From Octopus bimaculoides (Eukaryota), in assembly GCF_001194135.2 (NCBI RefSeq), contig NC_069005.1, positions 22,565,699 to 22,629,698 on the forward strand: a stretch of 64,000 nt of DNA, in the 5' to 3' direction. The translations under genes and the position numbers were made by a program. The notes below the pieces were generated by a model. It had not been told where the DNA came from and did no database searches. It saw only the letters and a program-made list of their open reading frames with translations. Of this stretch, positions 37,393-49,370 are shown in pieces (positions within the stretch are counted from its first letter, which is position 1; each line of letters begins with the position of its first letter).

Positions 37393-37751
37393 CCATACAC
37401 ACATGCTGACTTCTGATCTGGATGACTATGAATGTTTCAGTTGCCATCAAGTCATAAGCATCAAAGATCTTCCCTGATTTACTACACTTGGCCTAATTAC
37501 TTACCTTACAATTGCATATGATTTATGAAAGGAATTCTCATAGTTGTCAACCATATTGCAAACTGTAGAACTTGAAGAACTTTAATTCAACTAATCAATC
37601 CCAGTAATTATTTTCTTTTTAAACCTGGTACTTATTCTATCAGTTTCTTTTGCTGAATTGCTAAGTTACAGGGATATAAACACATCAACACTAGTTGTCA
37701 AACACACGTAAAAAACACACACATATATATGTACATACACATATATATATA

Positions 37752-37827
<76 letters not shown>

Positions 37828-38784
37828 TATACATACAGTAATGCCTCAATATAAGAGCTAAGAAAGAACATGGTTGATAACTTTTACACAGAAGAAAAGG
37901 GGTGTGTTAGATTTGGTTCAGTTTCAATGTAAAAAAATGAATAAAATTAAGTATATTTCAAGCTCTGAAGGATTTTTATGGGCCTGCATGTCTTGACAAG
38001 TACTGGGGTCAATTTATTCGACTAAATCCTTGAAGATGGCACCATCCTTGTTACAGTTCATTGACTGAAACCAGTAATAGACAAAGATATAACTCCACTT
38101 ATCAGTTCAGTGTAAATTCCCCCAGTCAACCATACTGTTAAATGAAGAGTAACTAAAGCATTGTCGATTATATAATGTTGTATACATTGTTATGTACTTC
38201 TCATCTTATTGAGTGTAAAAATAAAACCTAAACTCTAAATGTCAGCTCTATATAAATCCTGAGACCGAATCAACAACAACAAAACAGATTAGTATCTGAA
38301 GAAGGCTGAAGCCAAAATACTTTTAATCAGAGGCTTTATTGTCTGCCATGACCTTTACCAGCCACTAAGTATAGCTGGCTATATGAGATGGTGGTGGTGA
38401 GAGTGCCTCCATCAAGTATGTCAGTGAGGTAGTTGTGATATATACATATACACACATACACACACACACAGCATTAAGAGTTCAAACGAAAACAAATCAA
38501 GCCAAACCTCCTCACTTACAGAATCAGAGTCAATGATGCAAAGTTTACAAAAAAAAAAAAAAAAACCTGAAGTGGAGTGTAACGAAAACTAAGCACATTA
38601 TATATAAGGAGAGCTTGCAGAATATTGATAAATTTGATTACTGTGCAAAATAAAATAACTTTTAGCTACATTTTTTTTTTCACCTTTTATATGTTTCATT
38701 CATTGGACTGCAGCCATGCTGGGGCACACTTTGAACAAAATCAACAACTCAACCCTAGGACTTAGAAGATTTGATCAAAAAGTA

Positions 38785-39075
38785 TCAGGGCTGGTGCAAT
38801 AAAAGGAAAGCTACAACACATCAATTTGGCATTTAATCTCCTTCAAAGTAGTCCTTTTCCAAAGCCACACACTTTATACAATGTTGCTTCTATTAAATGG
38901 AAGTATACCTGGAACTCCTTTTTCAGGATAGCAAGCTGCTGCTTCGTTACATTCGCTTTAATTTCCTCGACATCTTGAAATCGCGTTCCTTTCAAGTGGG
39001 ATTTGATTTATGGAAAAAGGGAAAGTCACAAGCTGTGAGATCTGAGGAACGTTGTGTTTGGTCAAGAAGGTGTAA
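38785..39075 (-). mobile_element. Mariner transposase C-terminal fragment with terminal region
   Basis: Frameshifted SDLTACDFPFF-IKSHLKGTRFQDVEEIKANVTKQ...KCVALEKDYFEGD* matches the mariner SPDLAPCDF...KGxRF...YFEGD pattern. Confidence 0.75.
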
Positions 39076-39104
39076 GACATTCTGATTTATAATAGGAGTA
39101 AGCA

Positions 39105-39438
39105 TGGCTTACAGGCATGGCTGCTCTATCATGTGGTTTCAAGGTGGCGAGCTGGCAGAAACGTTAGCTTAGCAGTATTTCATCTGTCTTTACATTCTGA
39201 GTTCAAATTCCGCCAAGGTCGACTTTGCCTTTCATTCTTTTGGGGGGTCAATAAATTAAGTACCAGTTGCGTACTGGGGTCAATCTAATCGACTGGCCCC
39301 CTCCTCAAAAATTTCAGGCCTTGTGCCTAGAGTAGAAAAGAATATATCATGTGGTTTCAGGTTCTATCCCAAAGTATAGCACCTTGAGCCAATGCTCTGT
39401 GAGTGCATTTCGAAGACAGAAACTGTGTGGAAGCCCAT

Positions 39439-39481
<43 letters not shown>

Positions 39482-39690
39482 ATGCATGCAATTATTTATC
39501 TAAATGTATGTGTGCATGTGCCTTCTTAATGGTCCCCCAATACCATTTAACAACTGGTGCTGATTTATTTACATCCCTGTAATTTAGAAGTTTGGCAAAA
39601 GAGACTAACAGAATAAATACTAAACTTTAAAAAAAATTAGTACTGAGGTTGATTTGTTCGTAGCAAGGCTACAATTCAATGACTGAAACA
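39105..39690 (+). mobile_element. SINE-A interrupted by a SINE-B
   Basis: SINE-A head starts acaggcatggctg, resumes at 39345 and continues through (GT)n and the tail. Confidence 0.75.
39142..39344 (+). mobile_element. SINE-B with 15-bp TSD
   Basis: TSD tatcatgtggtttca at 39127-39141 and 39345-39359. Confidence 0.92.
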
Positions 39691-40217
39691 AGTAAAAAAA
39701 TGAAAGGACTACAAAAATCAGTGTCCAGAAAGAGAACTACTTATTGATATTCTTCAATAAAATACCTGGACTAAAAAGAAAAAGACCTCTGTTGTGGAGC
39801 ACCATTAAGAACATTAAATAATGAGACAATGAAAGACCACTCAACCAGCTAGAAACAGCAACCAAATCTCCTTCAAATCACACCTTATCATCTTGAAGAA
39901 AAATACACATGGCAAAATGTAATCCTAGATACATTAATTTGTATAAAAGATGGAATGTCTAAGCACAAGCTTGCTCAATCAGAATAGATCGGAGAGCAAC
40001 TCAACACTGGAACAGATCAGTATTTCTCATGGGGTGGTGATCTATATGAGGATTGAGAACAAGGCAGGCAAATTGCTGTATTTAATAAAATTAAGATGAT
40101 GTTAAACTTTTGAAGTTTGTTTGACACAATGGTGACGAATTATATGGACGCCAACTATTTTTGTCTTCCAGTTTATAAAGGGGTAGAGGGGCTAAGATTT
40201 CCCTTAATGCTTTAGAG

Positions 40218-40479
40218 CAGAGGTTCCCAAAGCAGGCATTTCAAAATAACTGTGTTTCATAAATAAAACTTAACCTAATTAACTGACTATTTAGTTGTTT
40301 CTACATCGCCCCCTTTTGGCCACCCCATTATCGTCCCACTTTTCTTCACCCACCCCACCCCGATCTTTCCACAGCCCCCAGAAAGTGGTCTATGTTTGTG
40401 GTAGTGAACAGAGGTGGGCAGTAGGAATGTGGCCTGGATGCCAAGGGGGCAGCAGCCCTAGAAAGTTTGGGAACCACTG
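40218..40479. mobile_element. hAT MITE, family H3, with perfect TSD
   Basis: TIR cagaggttcccaaa / tttgggaaccactg; TSD ctttagag at 40210-40217 and 40480-40487. Confidence 0.92.
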
Positions 40480-41460
40480 CTTTAGAGGAAAGTTCTGGTA
40501 TTTAAGGTTTTGAGAACTGCTAAATTAGACACAACTTACTTTGACCAAACTAACAAGAAGTGACTACATGACTGCACAACCTGCTAGACATAGCAGCCAA
40601 ATGTCCCTCAAATCTCACTTTACTTTCTTAAAAAAAAAAATACTGTAAATCTACAGAAAGTCAGGATGGTTATATTGAGATGGTTAGAACACCTTTTGAT
40701 CATAGATCTGCTTGATCATGTGGCAAAGACTGATACAACAACTGTCAGAATGTGCTGCGTCTTACATATTCTGCAGAACAATGTACAAAATTACCCCGGA
40801 ACAAACTGGAAGTTCAGCACATCTGAAGGTACAAGACTTGCATGCGTTACTTCTAACCGTCGCTCAGCTACCTGCCCCCAAGCTTTAGGTGTACTAATGC
40901 AGATATGACAGCATTGTCACTGTTATACGGGTAAACCAAACATCAGTTCAACCAACAAAAGTAAGCTGCTACAACTTAAAGTACTTTGACGTACAGGCGG
41001 AAACAGCAATGGAGATTACATACACACCTATACAGAATTCAATTTTAAAAGTGACTGCTGGCCAACACCCAACAACCAGTAATAACATCAACAGCAACAA
41101 CATACTTAGGGCAAAAACAAATACATCCAGCAACTTATTTCCAGGCTAATTTAGGATGTTATAGTAGAGACTAGGTAGTTTGACCTTTAAACCTATAATT
41201 ATAGAACTGTCACGACCTCCAACAGGATGACATCCCAAATACGTAAGGGACTCCCCAGTCATTTAAAACAAAAAGTTGGCTAAGCTAAAAGGAGTTGAAG
41301 TATATAATAATTTCCAGCATAAGCTGGCACAAAGCTAGAAATTTTGTGGAGAGAGAATAGTTGATTATACACATAACCCACTAATTTGACTGGTACTTTT
41401 ATTTCATCAAACCTGGAACAATGAAAGGTAAAGCTGACCTCAGTGGCAGTGAACACAGAA

Positions 41461-41640
41461 GTAGGCGCGGGCATGGCTGTGTGGTTAGGAAGCTTGCTTC
41501 CCAGCTACATGGTTTCGGGTTCAGTCCCACCGCGTGGCTGGCACCTTGGGCAAGTGTCTTCTGCTATAGCCCCGGGCCGACCGAAGCTTTGTGAGTAGAT
41601 TTGGTAGGCGGAAGTTACTGCCGCGTGTGTATATGTCTGT
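41461..41640 (+). mobile_element. Young SINE-A head (CpGs retained)
   Basis: gcgcgggcatggctgtgtggttagg...ttcgggttcagtcccaccgcgtgg...gccccgggccgaccgaagc. Confidence 0.88.
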
Positions 41641-42339
41641 GTATGTACTTGTGCCTCTCTCCGAAAGAGAGAGAGAGAGGGGGGAAAATATTTTTGTCCC
41701 CTACTCTACTGATTCTGCCAACCAAAAGTCCAAAGTGGTTTAACATTTGAAATATGTAATTGGAAATTTGTCTCTTTGGGAGAGCTTTTGTGGACAATAA
41801 ATAGTACAGATAATACATTTCCAAAAGTATTTTCTCAGTCTTCTCATTTCTTAAAAATAAATGAGCGTGTGATTAAGAAATTCACTTGAAAATTATGTGG
41901 TTCCATGTTTGACTTCACTAAGCACCACTTTGAGCAAGTGATTTTCTTCTATCTTAGCCTCAGGTGGACAAATGCCTTGAATAGAATTTCCTTTCACACG
42001 CACATATGAGTGAATGCATATGGATATTTTACTATTGTATAAGAGTGAAAGATGTAAATGTTATTAAGAAAAACCAATAATGTGGTGCTTTCGAATAGAT
42101 ACACCTTGTATGGTATGTCTGCCCGAGTTGTACAGACACTCTCTTGCCACTCTTTAACCAGTGATTGGCCTATCAAACACCTGTAACCAACAACATTATT
42201 CTTTAGAGCTAGGAGATATTTAACAGCTACCCTCCCCATGACAATTATTCACACCTTACAAAAGCCCATATGAGGCCCACAATAGATTATTGCTCCCACA
42301 TCTAACACAATACTGCTACTACCCACACACAAAGACATC

Positions 42340-42660
42340 CTAGATTACATTCAGAAAAGGGTCACCCAAGTGACTGGCATAAAGTCACTCACAGATATGC
42401 TCCAGCTTCTCACCTCACAGGTGCACTTTCAACTCTTTTTTGCCTTTTCCACCATCATTTATATTATAAGGGCCTTCACACCTCAGAAATGGCTTGGTTC
42501 ACAATCACTTTCATTTAGGTATTCCTGACTCACTTGCCTCCTCCTTTTATCATCCTTGTTGTGTCCAACCCTACAAGCACCTGCACTAATCACTACATGT
42601 AGCCATTCCCTCCCAGAACATCAACTCTCTGGAATTCCATCTCAGCTCATGTCTTACCTC
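42340..42660 (+). mobile_element. Degraded CR1/L2/Jockey-type LINE, reverse transcriptase C-terminal fragment
   Basis: Frame reads TNHYM*PFPPRTSTLWNSISAHVLP, matching the RTxxxxxSFFPRTxxLWNxLP C-terminal pattern. Confidence 0.5.
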
Positions 42661-42689
42661 TATATGGTTACTATTGTTTTGAATACACA

Positions 42690-43929
42690 TCGCCATACGT
42701 TTACACCACTCATTTTTTTAATTTGTTATTTTTTTCATTTTCAGATACCCAAAAGATGCCATTGACAAAAGAACAATGAACTGAGATCATATTGATGGCC
42801 ATGTCTGGAAGTAGTCGCAAGATTGCAGCAGAATTTAATAGAAAACATGGAACCAACATAACACACGATACCGTTGCAAAACTTATGTTAAAGTTTAAAA
42901 AAACTGGATCTGTTAAAGATCAAAGAAGAAGTGGTAGACCACATACAGCAATCGATGAAAACACAACAGTTAGAGTTTTTGCATCAATAACATGGAGCCC
43001 CTGTAGAAGTACACGAAGGCATCTGGAAATGTCTGATCCAACCACTGATGCACTTGAATAACATAATGAGGTGGGGCTCCATCTTGCGGGAAGTAAACCA
43101 GAAAGTTACCGTTTAACAGTGATGGGAAAATTTCTTGCAACATGTTGAGATACTTTTTGGCATTAAGATTTCCATTAACAAAAATTGGGCCAATGACTTT
43201 TGTCACCCCATATCCCAACCCAAGCCATCACTTTATCAGCACCTTGCATCTTTGTTGCAATCATCCAGTGAGAGTTAGCATTGCTCCAATAACGCATGTT
43301 TTGGCTATTAACCTCTCCATTGACGTAAAAGTTAGCTTTGTCAGTAAACAAGATCTTAGTTGAAAAGTTTGCGTCATCATTCAATTTACTTGATGCCCAT
43401 TCACAAAATTCCAGTTGTCTATCTGGGTCATCTTCACTTATATGCTGCAGCGTCTGCGGTTTGTACGGATGCCACTTATTTGATTTTAAAATGCGTGTGA
43501 TACTCTGTTTACTGACTCCAATTTCAGCAGCACGGAATCATGATATTGCCAGAAAGATGGCAAAAGGTCATCGAACAAAATGGAAAACATATAATATTGG
43601 TAGGCATGGTCCAATTGAGTGGCCTCCTCAATCTCCTGATCTTACCCCTCTTGATTTCTATCTTTGGGGGCATTTGAAAGGCATGGTGTATCACGAAAAG
43701 ATAAAAGATATAAATCATTTGAAGGAACGCATTACGAAATCATTTGCACAAGTATCACCAGATGTGCTATTATGAGTTCACAATGAATGGGGTAAACGTA
43801 TAGCAATGTGTATTCAAAACAATGGTGACCATATAGAGCCGGTTAAATAAAAAAAACTGTTCTTATAAGCTGTTTCTTATTAAAAAAATAAACTGTTTCT
43901 ATGTATGGTGACTTTAGAATCACCGTGTA
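42690..43929 (+). mobile_element. DD41D (rosa-type) Tc1/mariner transposon with internal inversion
   Basis: Plus strand N-terminus MPLTKEQ*TEII...KFKKTGSVKDQRRSGRP...SPCRSTRR (42756-43020). Minus strand middle ...ILFTDKANFYVNGEVNSQN...QDGAPPHY...LDQTFPD (43533 to 43021). Plus strand C-terminus IGRHGPIEWPPQSPDLTPLDFYLWG...GDHIEPVK* (43596-43850). Restored D-to-D spacing is ~41. 3' TIR ...ttagaatcaccgtg|TA; 5' TIR not found. Confidence 0.9.
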
Positions 43930-43945
43930 TATATATGTATGTGTA

Positions 43946-43997
<52 letters not shown>

Positions 43998-44511
43998 GAT
44001 AATAAAAATTAGTCAATACTACATGTTTTCTTTTTGTTTAGGTTAAAGTAACATAGGTCTAAAACAGATTATATAAACTAAAACAATAGATTCCATCAAT
44101 TTTGTGACCTTGTCACCATATCTCCTAATGCTTTCTGCCAGTTGTTCCCAACCTTTTGTAGCACAAAGCCCCTTTCATTGAATGCTGTTTTACAAAGGCC
44201 CTTCTACCTCATCCACCCTTTACGTCTTTTGAAAAAAAAGTAACAGCAATTATTTAAGCAAACAGAAGTTAATTTTACACAGTAGTTTATTATCACTCTA
44301 TCCTTATTTTCCCTTCTATCATGTACCACTGTTTAGACACTTGTTAAATTTTCAAGGAAATTACAAAAGGAGGCAAAGGCTTATATCATGAAATTACATT
44401 GGACCTTGGTGCATTATCGTAAGTTCTGTGTCTACTCACTGATAAACACAATACCCTACTCATATTTTCATCCAGACAAAATATTAACATGCATATTATA
44501 CAAGGTTTTGA

Positions 44512-44730
44512 TATTTTTGGCAAACTGGTAGAATCGTTAGCACACCAAGCAAAATGCTTAACAGTATTGCACTAGTCTTTACGTTCTGAGTTCAAATTCT
44601 GCCAAAGTCAACTTTACCTTTCATCCTTTAGGGGTTGATAAAATAAGTACCAGTTGAGGACTGGGTTGATGTTATCAACTTATCCCCTCCCACAAACTTA
44701 CCTGCATTGCACCAAAATTTGAAACCAATA
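44512..44730 (+). mobile_element. SINE-B
   Basis: ggcaaactggtagaatcgttagc...gttctgagttcaaattctgcc...aaaatttgaaaccaatat. Confidence 0.85.
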
Positions 44731-45280
44731 TTTTTTGTCTAAGAAAATACATGGCTCCTCTAAGCACCCTGTATCTCTATAGTACCTTCTTGACTTTTGC
44801 AACTGACTTATAAAACTCATGATGCCTCTAAGTAGAGGCTACTGCCCAGATCAATTACCAATGCCTTACGGTATGTGACATCCTTACTGGTATTTTTGTC
44901 ATTTGTGTTATTTAAATTTAAACCCTCACAACACCCTTAACACATAAAATCCTCAACCACAATTAAGTAATTGTTGGCAAATCCTGATTCACATGTAATC
45001 GCAATTCAAATAATGTTGTTTGGGGCTAAAAAACAGGAACTAAGAAACAAAGTTTAGCTTTATTTCAGAAAGAACTTCCTGTCAGAAGACTTCCTGTTTA
45101 CATTATGTTCAAGCATCATGACAGTTAGAATTTGGTGATATTATTTATTGATGATTTATTCATTATTATCAAAATATTAATGCAATTGAACCTTCCTTCC
45201 TGCCTTTTGTGTCATGCTCCAGAAATATTATTCAAGTGAAAAATCTTTTTACTCACAAAATATATACATATATATACACG

Positions 45281-45350
<70 letters not shown>

Positions 45351-45360
45351 NNNNNNNNNN

Positions 45361-45915
45361 GTAATTTCAGTTTTTTAGTGTGAAATAAAAGTCGTTTTTT
45401 TTTTTTTTCATACAAAGAATGAATGTTAATCAATTATATGCTTTCCATTTTGTTCGATGACCTTTTGCCATCTTTCTGGCAACGTCATGATTCCTTGCTC
45501 ATAGAACTTCTGGTCCTTATCAGCCAAAAACTGAAACAAGTGCAATTTCAGGTCATCATCATTATTGTCAGTTTTACCATTCAAAGAATTTTGCAAACTT
45601 TGAAATAAATGGTAATCTGATGCTGCAAGGTCAGGGCTATATGGTGGATGTGACATCACTTCCAACCAAGTTCCAATAATTTTTCACAAATTAGCAAAGA
45701 CATGTGTGGTCTAGTGTTGTCATGATGGAACATGATGACTTTACAGTTTGCTGATTCTGGACGTTTTTCTTTGATTGCTTCCTCCAGTTTCATTAGTTGT
45801 TGACAGTAAACATCTGAATTGACCATTTGGTTCCTTGGAAGCAACTTAAAACACACAACATTTTTGTAATCCCACCAAATTGACAACAGGACCTTTTTTT
45901 GATGCAATTCAACTG
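45361..45915 (-). mobile_element. D,D34D mariner transposase, C-terminal half (decayed)
   Basis: LLSIWWDYKNVV...FHHDNTRPH...LELGW / EVMSHPPYSPDLAASDYHLFQSLQNSL...LPERWQKVIEQNGKHIID; TIR remnant gtaatttcagtttt beside a gap. Confidence 0.92.
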
Positions 45916-46419
45916 GTCTGAACATAAAACAAGTAGAATATTCAGGCCAGATATGACTGGTTTAAATGCTAATGGTGATATTTCATACATAAGATAGCAT
46001 GAAATTTTGATGGAAGATTTTAATTTTGATAATTTTAAAACATAGACTCACAGGCAGTCTCAGTCATGTTGGTATCAGAAAGTTAGTTAATGGGAAAAAT
46101 TCACCGAGTTGTTTTTTTTTTCATATGTGTATTTTAATTTAAAAGATAGTTATTGGAGAAGAAAATACATACTGAGCCTATTTAACCAACAGGCCTCATA
46201 TGCTAAAAGAAATATATTTTTTTGGAAGGAATGGTATTAAATAAGTAAGTCATTGTGTAGTAATATTCACTTGTGAAAGCCATGGAATTGCTAGTTTATT
46301 AATGAGAAAATCACAGAAATATTCCACTGTCATCTGTGCACACCTGAATACTGGCCAACATTGCTCATCGATTTAAGGCAATACAGAATAATTTAGATTA
46401 TAAATATAACAAATCTTTA

Positions 46420-47000
46420 ACACTGATTCCTTGAACTGGTACTTATTTTACAAACCTACCCCTGTAGAAATGAAAGATATAGTTAACCTTGCCAGGATTT
46501 GAATTCGAAACACTTTTCATCTACTCTTCTACATTTTTCTACTACTTCATTAACTCTGAAAAGTTTTGATATTAATTTCTAACATAGGAACAGACCATAA
46601 ACTTAGCTGGAGGGTATAATCAAACAAATCAATCAGCAGTAATTTACAGGTACTTATTTTGATCAACCCCTAAAGGATGAAACTCCTAGTCAGTCTCACC
46701 AGGATTTGAATTCAGAATGTACGAGAAATGTAATGAAATTCTGAAAGGCTTTTAATTCATTATTTCATCAATTATGCAACACACAATTAATAGTGGTTTC
46801 TAACTTGGCACACAAGGCAACATATCTTGGAGGGAGAGTACAGGCAATTAAACTGAACCCCACCCCAGTACAAGACTGGTACTTTCTTTCACCCCNNNNN
46901 NNNNNCATCTCAGAGTCATGAAAGGGAATATAAACTATGGCAGGATTAGAGTACAGTGCACAAGGACATAACAAAGTCCCACAAAGTATTTAGTACCATG
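46420..47000 (-). mobile_element. Cluster of three degraded SINE-B copies
   Basis: actggtacttatttt...gaaag...aacc...ggatttgaattc(a/g)gaa repeated at ~46430, 46640 and 46870. Confidence 0.65.
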
Positions 47001-47044
47001 CCCTACCATTTCTGCTAATCCATCACAGTCATGATCAATGTTAA

Positions 47045-47271
47045 CCGTTTTGATACCAGCCCACCCATGACTACACTGCTTCAATAATACAAGCTTTTAA
47101 AATAAAGTGATGTGGTCTAAATTAAAATTTAGCCATTAAAATTCCTTGTTAATTTATGTTCCAGTTACCAGCTTAGAAATGTTTTGAGATATTTTACCAA
47201 ATTTTTAATTATTTTCAAAATTAATTGAAACAAATGCAATGTAGTTCAACAGAAATATGGTAACAAAATGG
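47045..47271 (+). mobile_element. TTAA-type MITE, family P3
   Basis: TTAA|ccgttttgatacc ... ggtaacaaaatgg; internal similarity to 60621-60838. Confidence 0.7.
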
Positions 47272-47739
47272 TTTTAAAAAACTTAGAGATCACCAAAGGA
47301 AAACCCCATAGCAACTCATCAATGCTACCAAATATCTAGAAAGCAAGAAATAAGTTATCCTCTAGTTTTGTCTAGTGAATGCTACACAACCAGAATGATC
47401 ACATGATTGATAGTAACAATGGGAAAAGAAAAGGCTGGAGTCTATTGTCTATTGATTCATCATTGACTCTGACCAATACCAAATCAGACAACTGCTAAAC
47501 AAAGAGAGAAAACTGATACTTCCAATGTTTATAGCGATGAAAATAAAATCAATTTAAGAATAATTTCACCATCCATTCTGGATTTAGCTTTTTCTCTGCT
47601 CCACTGATGAAGATTTCTTATTGTTGAGAATAACAAGAAACAACAGAGCCAGAGGGGGCAAGCGTGTGTGTGTGTGTCAGTGTGTAAATATCTTACTGGA
47701 AAGTGTTAATAATTCTAAACTAATACTAGTGCAATAGCA

Positions 47740-47810
47740 GCAAGTTAGGTAAAAAGGAAGCTGGTTGTATCAGAGAAATAAATGATTACCACATCTCACT
47801 ATTCACTCAG

Positions 47811-47874
<64 letters not shown>

Positions 47875-48229
47875 CAATGTTAGCAAGTGCTGATATCACC
47901 AACCAGTTATGCACACCAAAGCTACATACCAATAGGCACCAACAAGTGAACCTCTACATAGTCACTCACCCAGCTAGAAATAGCAGTGAAATCTTATTCA
48001 AATTACACTTAACAAGACCGGACGAGGCATTAGTAATGCAGTCCTAGATAAACTAATCCTATCCCTGCCCCCCACAAAAAAAAAAAAAAAAATGATTACG
48101 GCTGGACTGATTTTATAAGCCTGCTTGACTAGGACTGCAAGTTAGGTTAAAAGGAAGCTGGTTGTACCAGAGAAATAAATGATTATCACATCTTACCATT
48201 CACTCAGCTGTGTGTGTGTGTGTCAATGT
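47740..48229 (+). repeat. ~90-bp direct duplication (plus GT tract) flanking a family G copy
   Basis: gcaagttaggt.aaaaggaagctggttgta.cagagaaataaatgatta...cactcagct(gt)n.gtcaatgt at 47740-47880 and 48137-48229. Confidence 0.85.
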
Positions 48230-48285
48230 ATGTATGTATGTATGTAGTGAACTGTCAATACCCATTCATCTTCATTTATTTTCTA

Positions 48286-48698
48286 GCTGTGTGGGGAGAA
48301 GCTTGCTTCCCAATCACATGATTTCCAGTTCAGTCCAACTGTGCGACACCCTGGGCAAGTGTCTTCTACTATAGCCTCAGGCCAACCAAAGCCTTGTGAG
48401 TGGATTTAGTAAATGGAAACTGAAAGAAGCTCATCATGTATGTATGTGTACACATACACACACATACGTGTGCACACACACATGTGTGTGTGTATCTGTG
48501 CCACCACCTCTGCTTGACAACTGGTGTTTGTTTACATCCCTGTAACTTAGCAGTTCAGCAAAAGAAACCAACAAAATAACTACTGGGCTTGAAGAGAAAA
48601 TAAGTACTGGGGTCGAATCATTCAACTAGAAATACTCCAATACAGTGCCCCTACATGGCCATAGTCTAATGACTGAAATAAGTAAAAGATAGAAGATA
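48286..48698 (+). mobile_element. SINE-A, full length
   Basis: gctgtgtggggagaagcttgcttccc...ccctgggcaagtgtcttctactatagcc...catggccatagtctaatgactgaaataagtaaaag. Confidence 0.88.
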
Positions 48699-49169
48699 CC
48701 CATGTAACATTAAATACCCAAGACAAAATTCTACACTTGGAATTTGCTAGCCCAATGAGAATATAGAAAAGAGAATACAAAAAAAAAACATGTTGATAAA
48801 CTACTGGACAACTAACTGAGATTTTGAGATTTCCTATACTATTATTGGCACTGAATTGTGTCACTGACCAGCACGCTTAACTTTCAAATGGCCAAATCCA
48901 CTTAGCTTATAAACAGACGTCTAGACTAGAAAAAAAAATAATGATGTAAGTAGTAAGATTGCTGTATAATTTAAGTACAACTCTCCCTGTTAAGGGAGAT
49001 AGCTTGCCTTAAAGATCTTAAGTGGTTAGTAGACCTAAAAATCTAATATTTTGAGGCTCTTCTGCCACTATTTCTACAAATAGTCACCCACACTGATGGA
49101 AATGTGATGGACTGTCAGGGCAGACAACTGATTAGAAACAAATAAAACATGTATATTGTTGTTGTTATT

Positions 49170-49370
49170 CAGACTAGACCAACCCTGATCTAGCAGCTTT
49201 ATGAAGACAATTCAAACATAACCAACACCATTTGTTTTTCAAGTAATGCATCTAAAACTACATTATCCAATTTGTCATATCTTTTTTAAATGGTAGGGGC
49301 ATGAATTGAGAGAGATTTAACCACTATTTCTAGCAGGTCAAGTAAGAAAATGGAGGCTACTTCATTGGCA
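49170..49370 (-). repeat. Family G repeat
   Basis: ttgttgttgttattcagactagaccaaccctgatc...gagagatttaaccactatttctagcaggtc. Confidence 0.7.

Noticed and set aside
42715-42750. Strong plus-strand acceptor ttttttcattttcag before the DD41D ATG
   Set aside because: It lies inside the transposon leader, so it is not evidence for a host exon.
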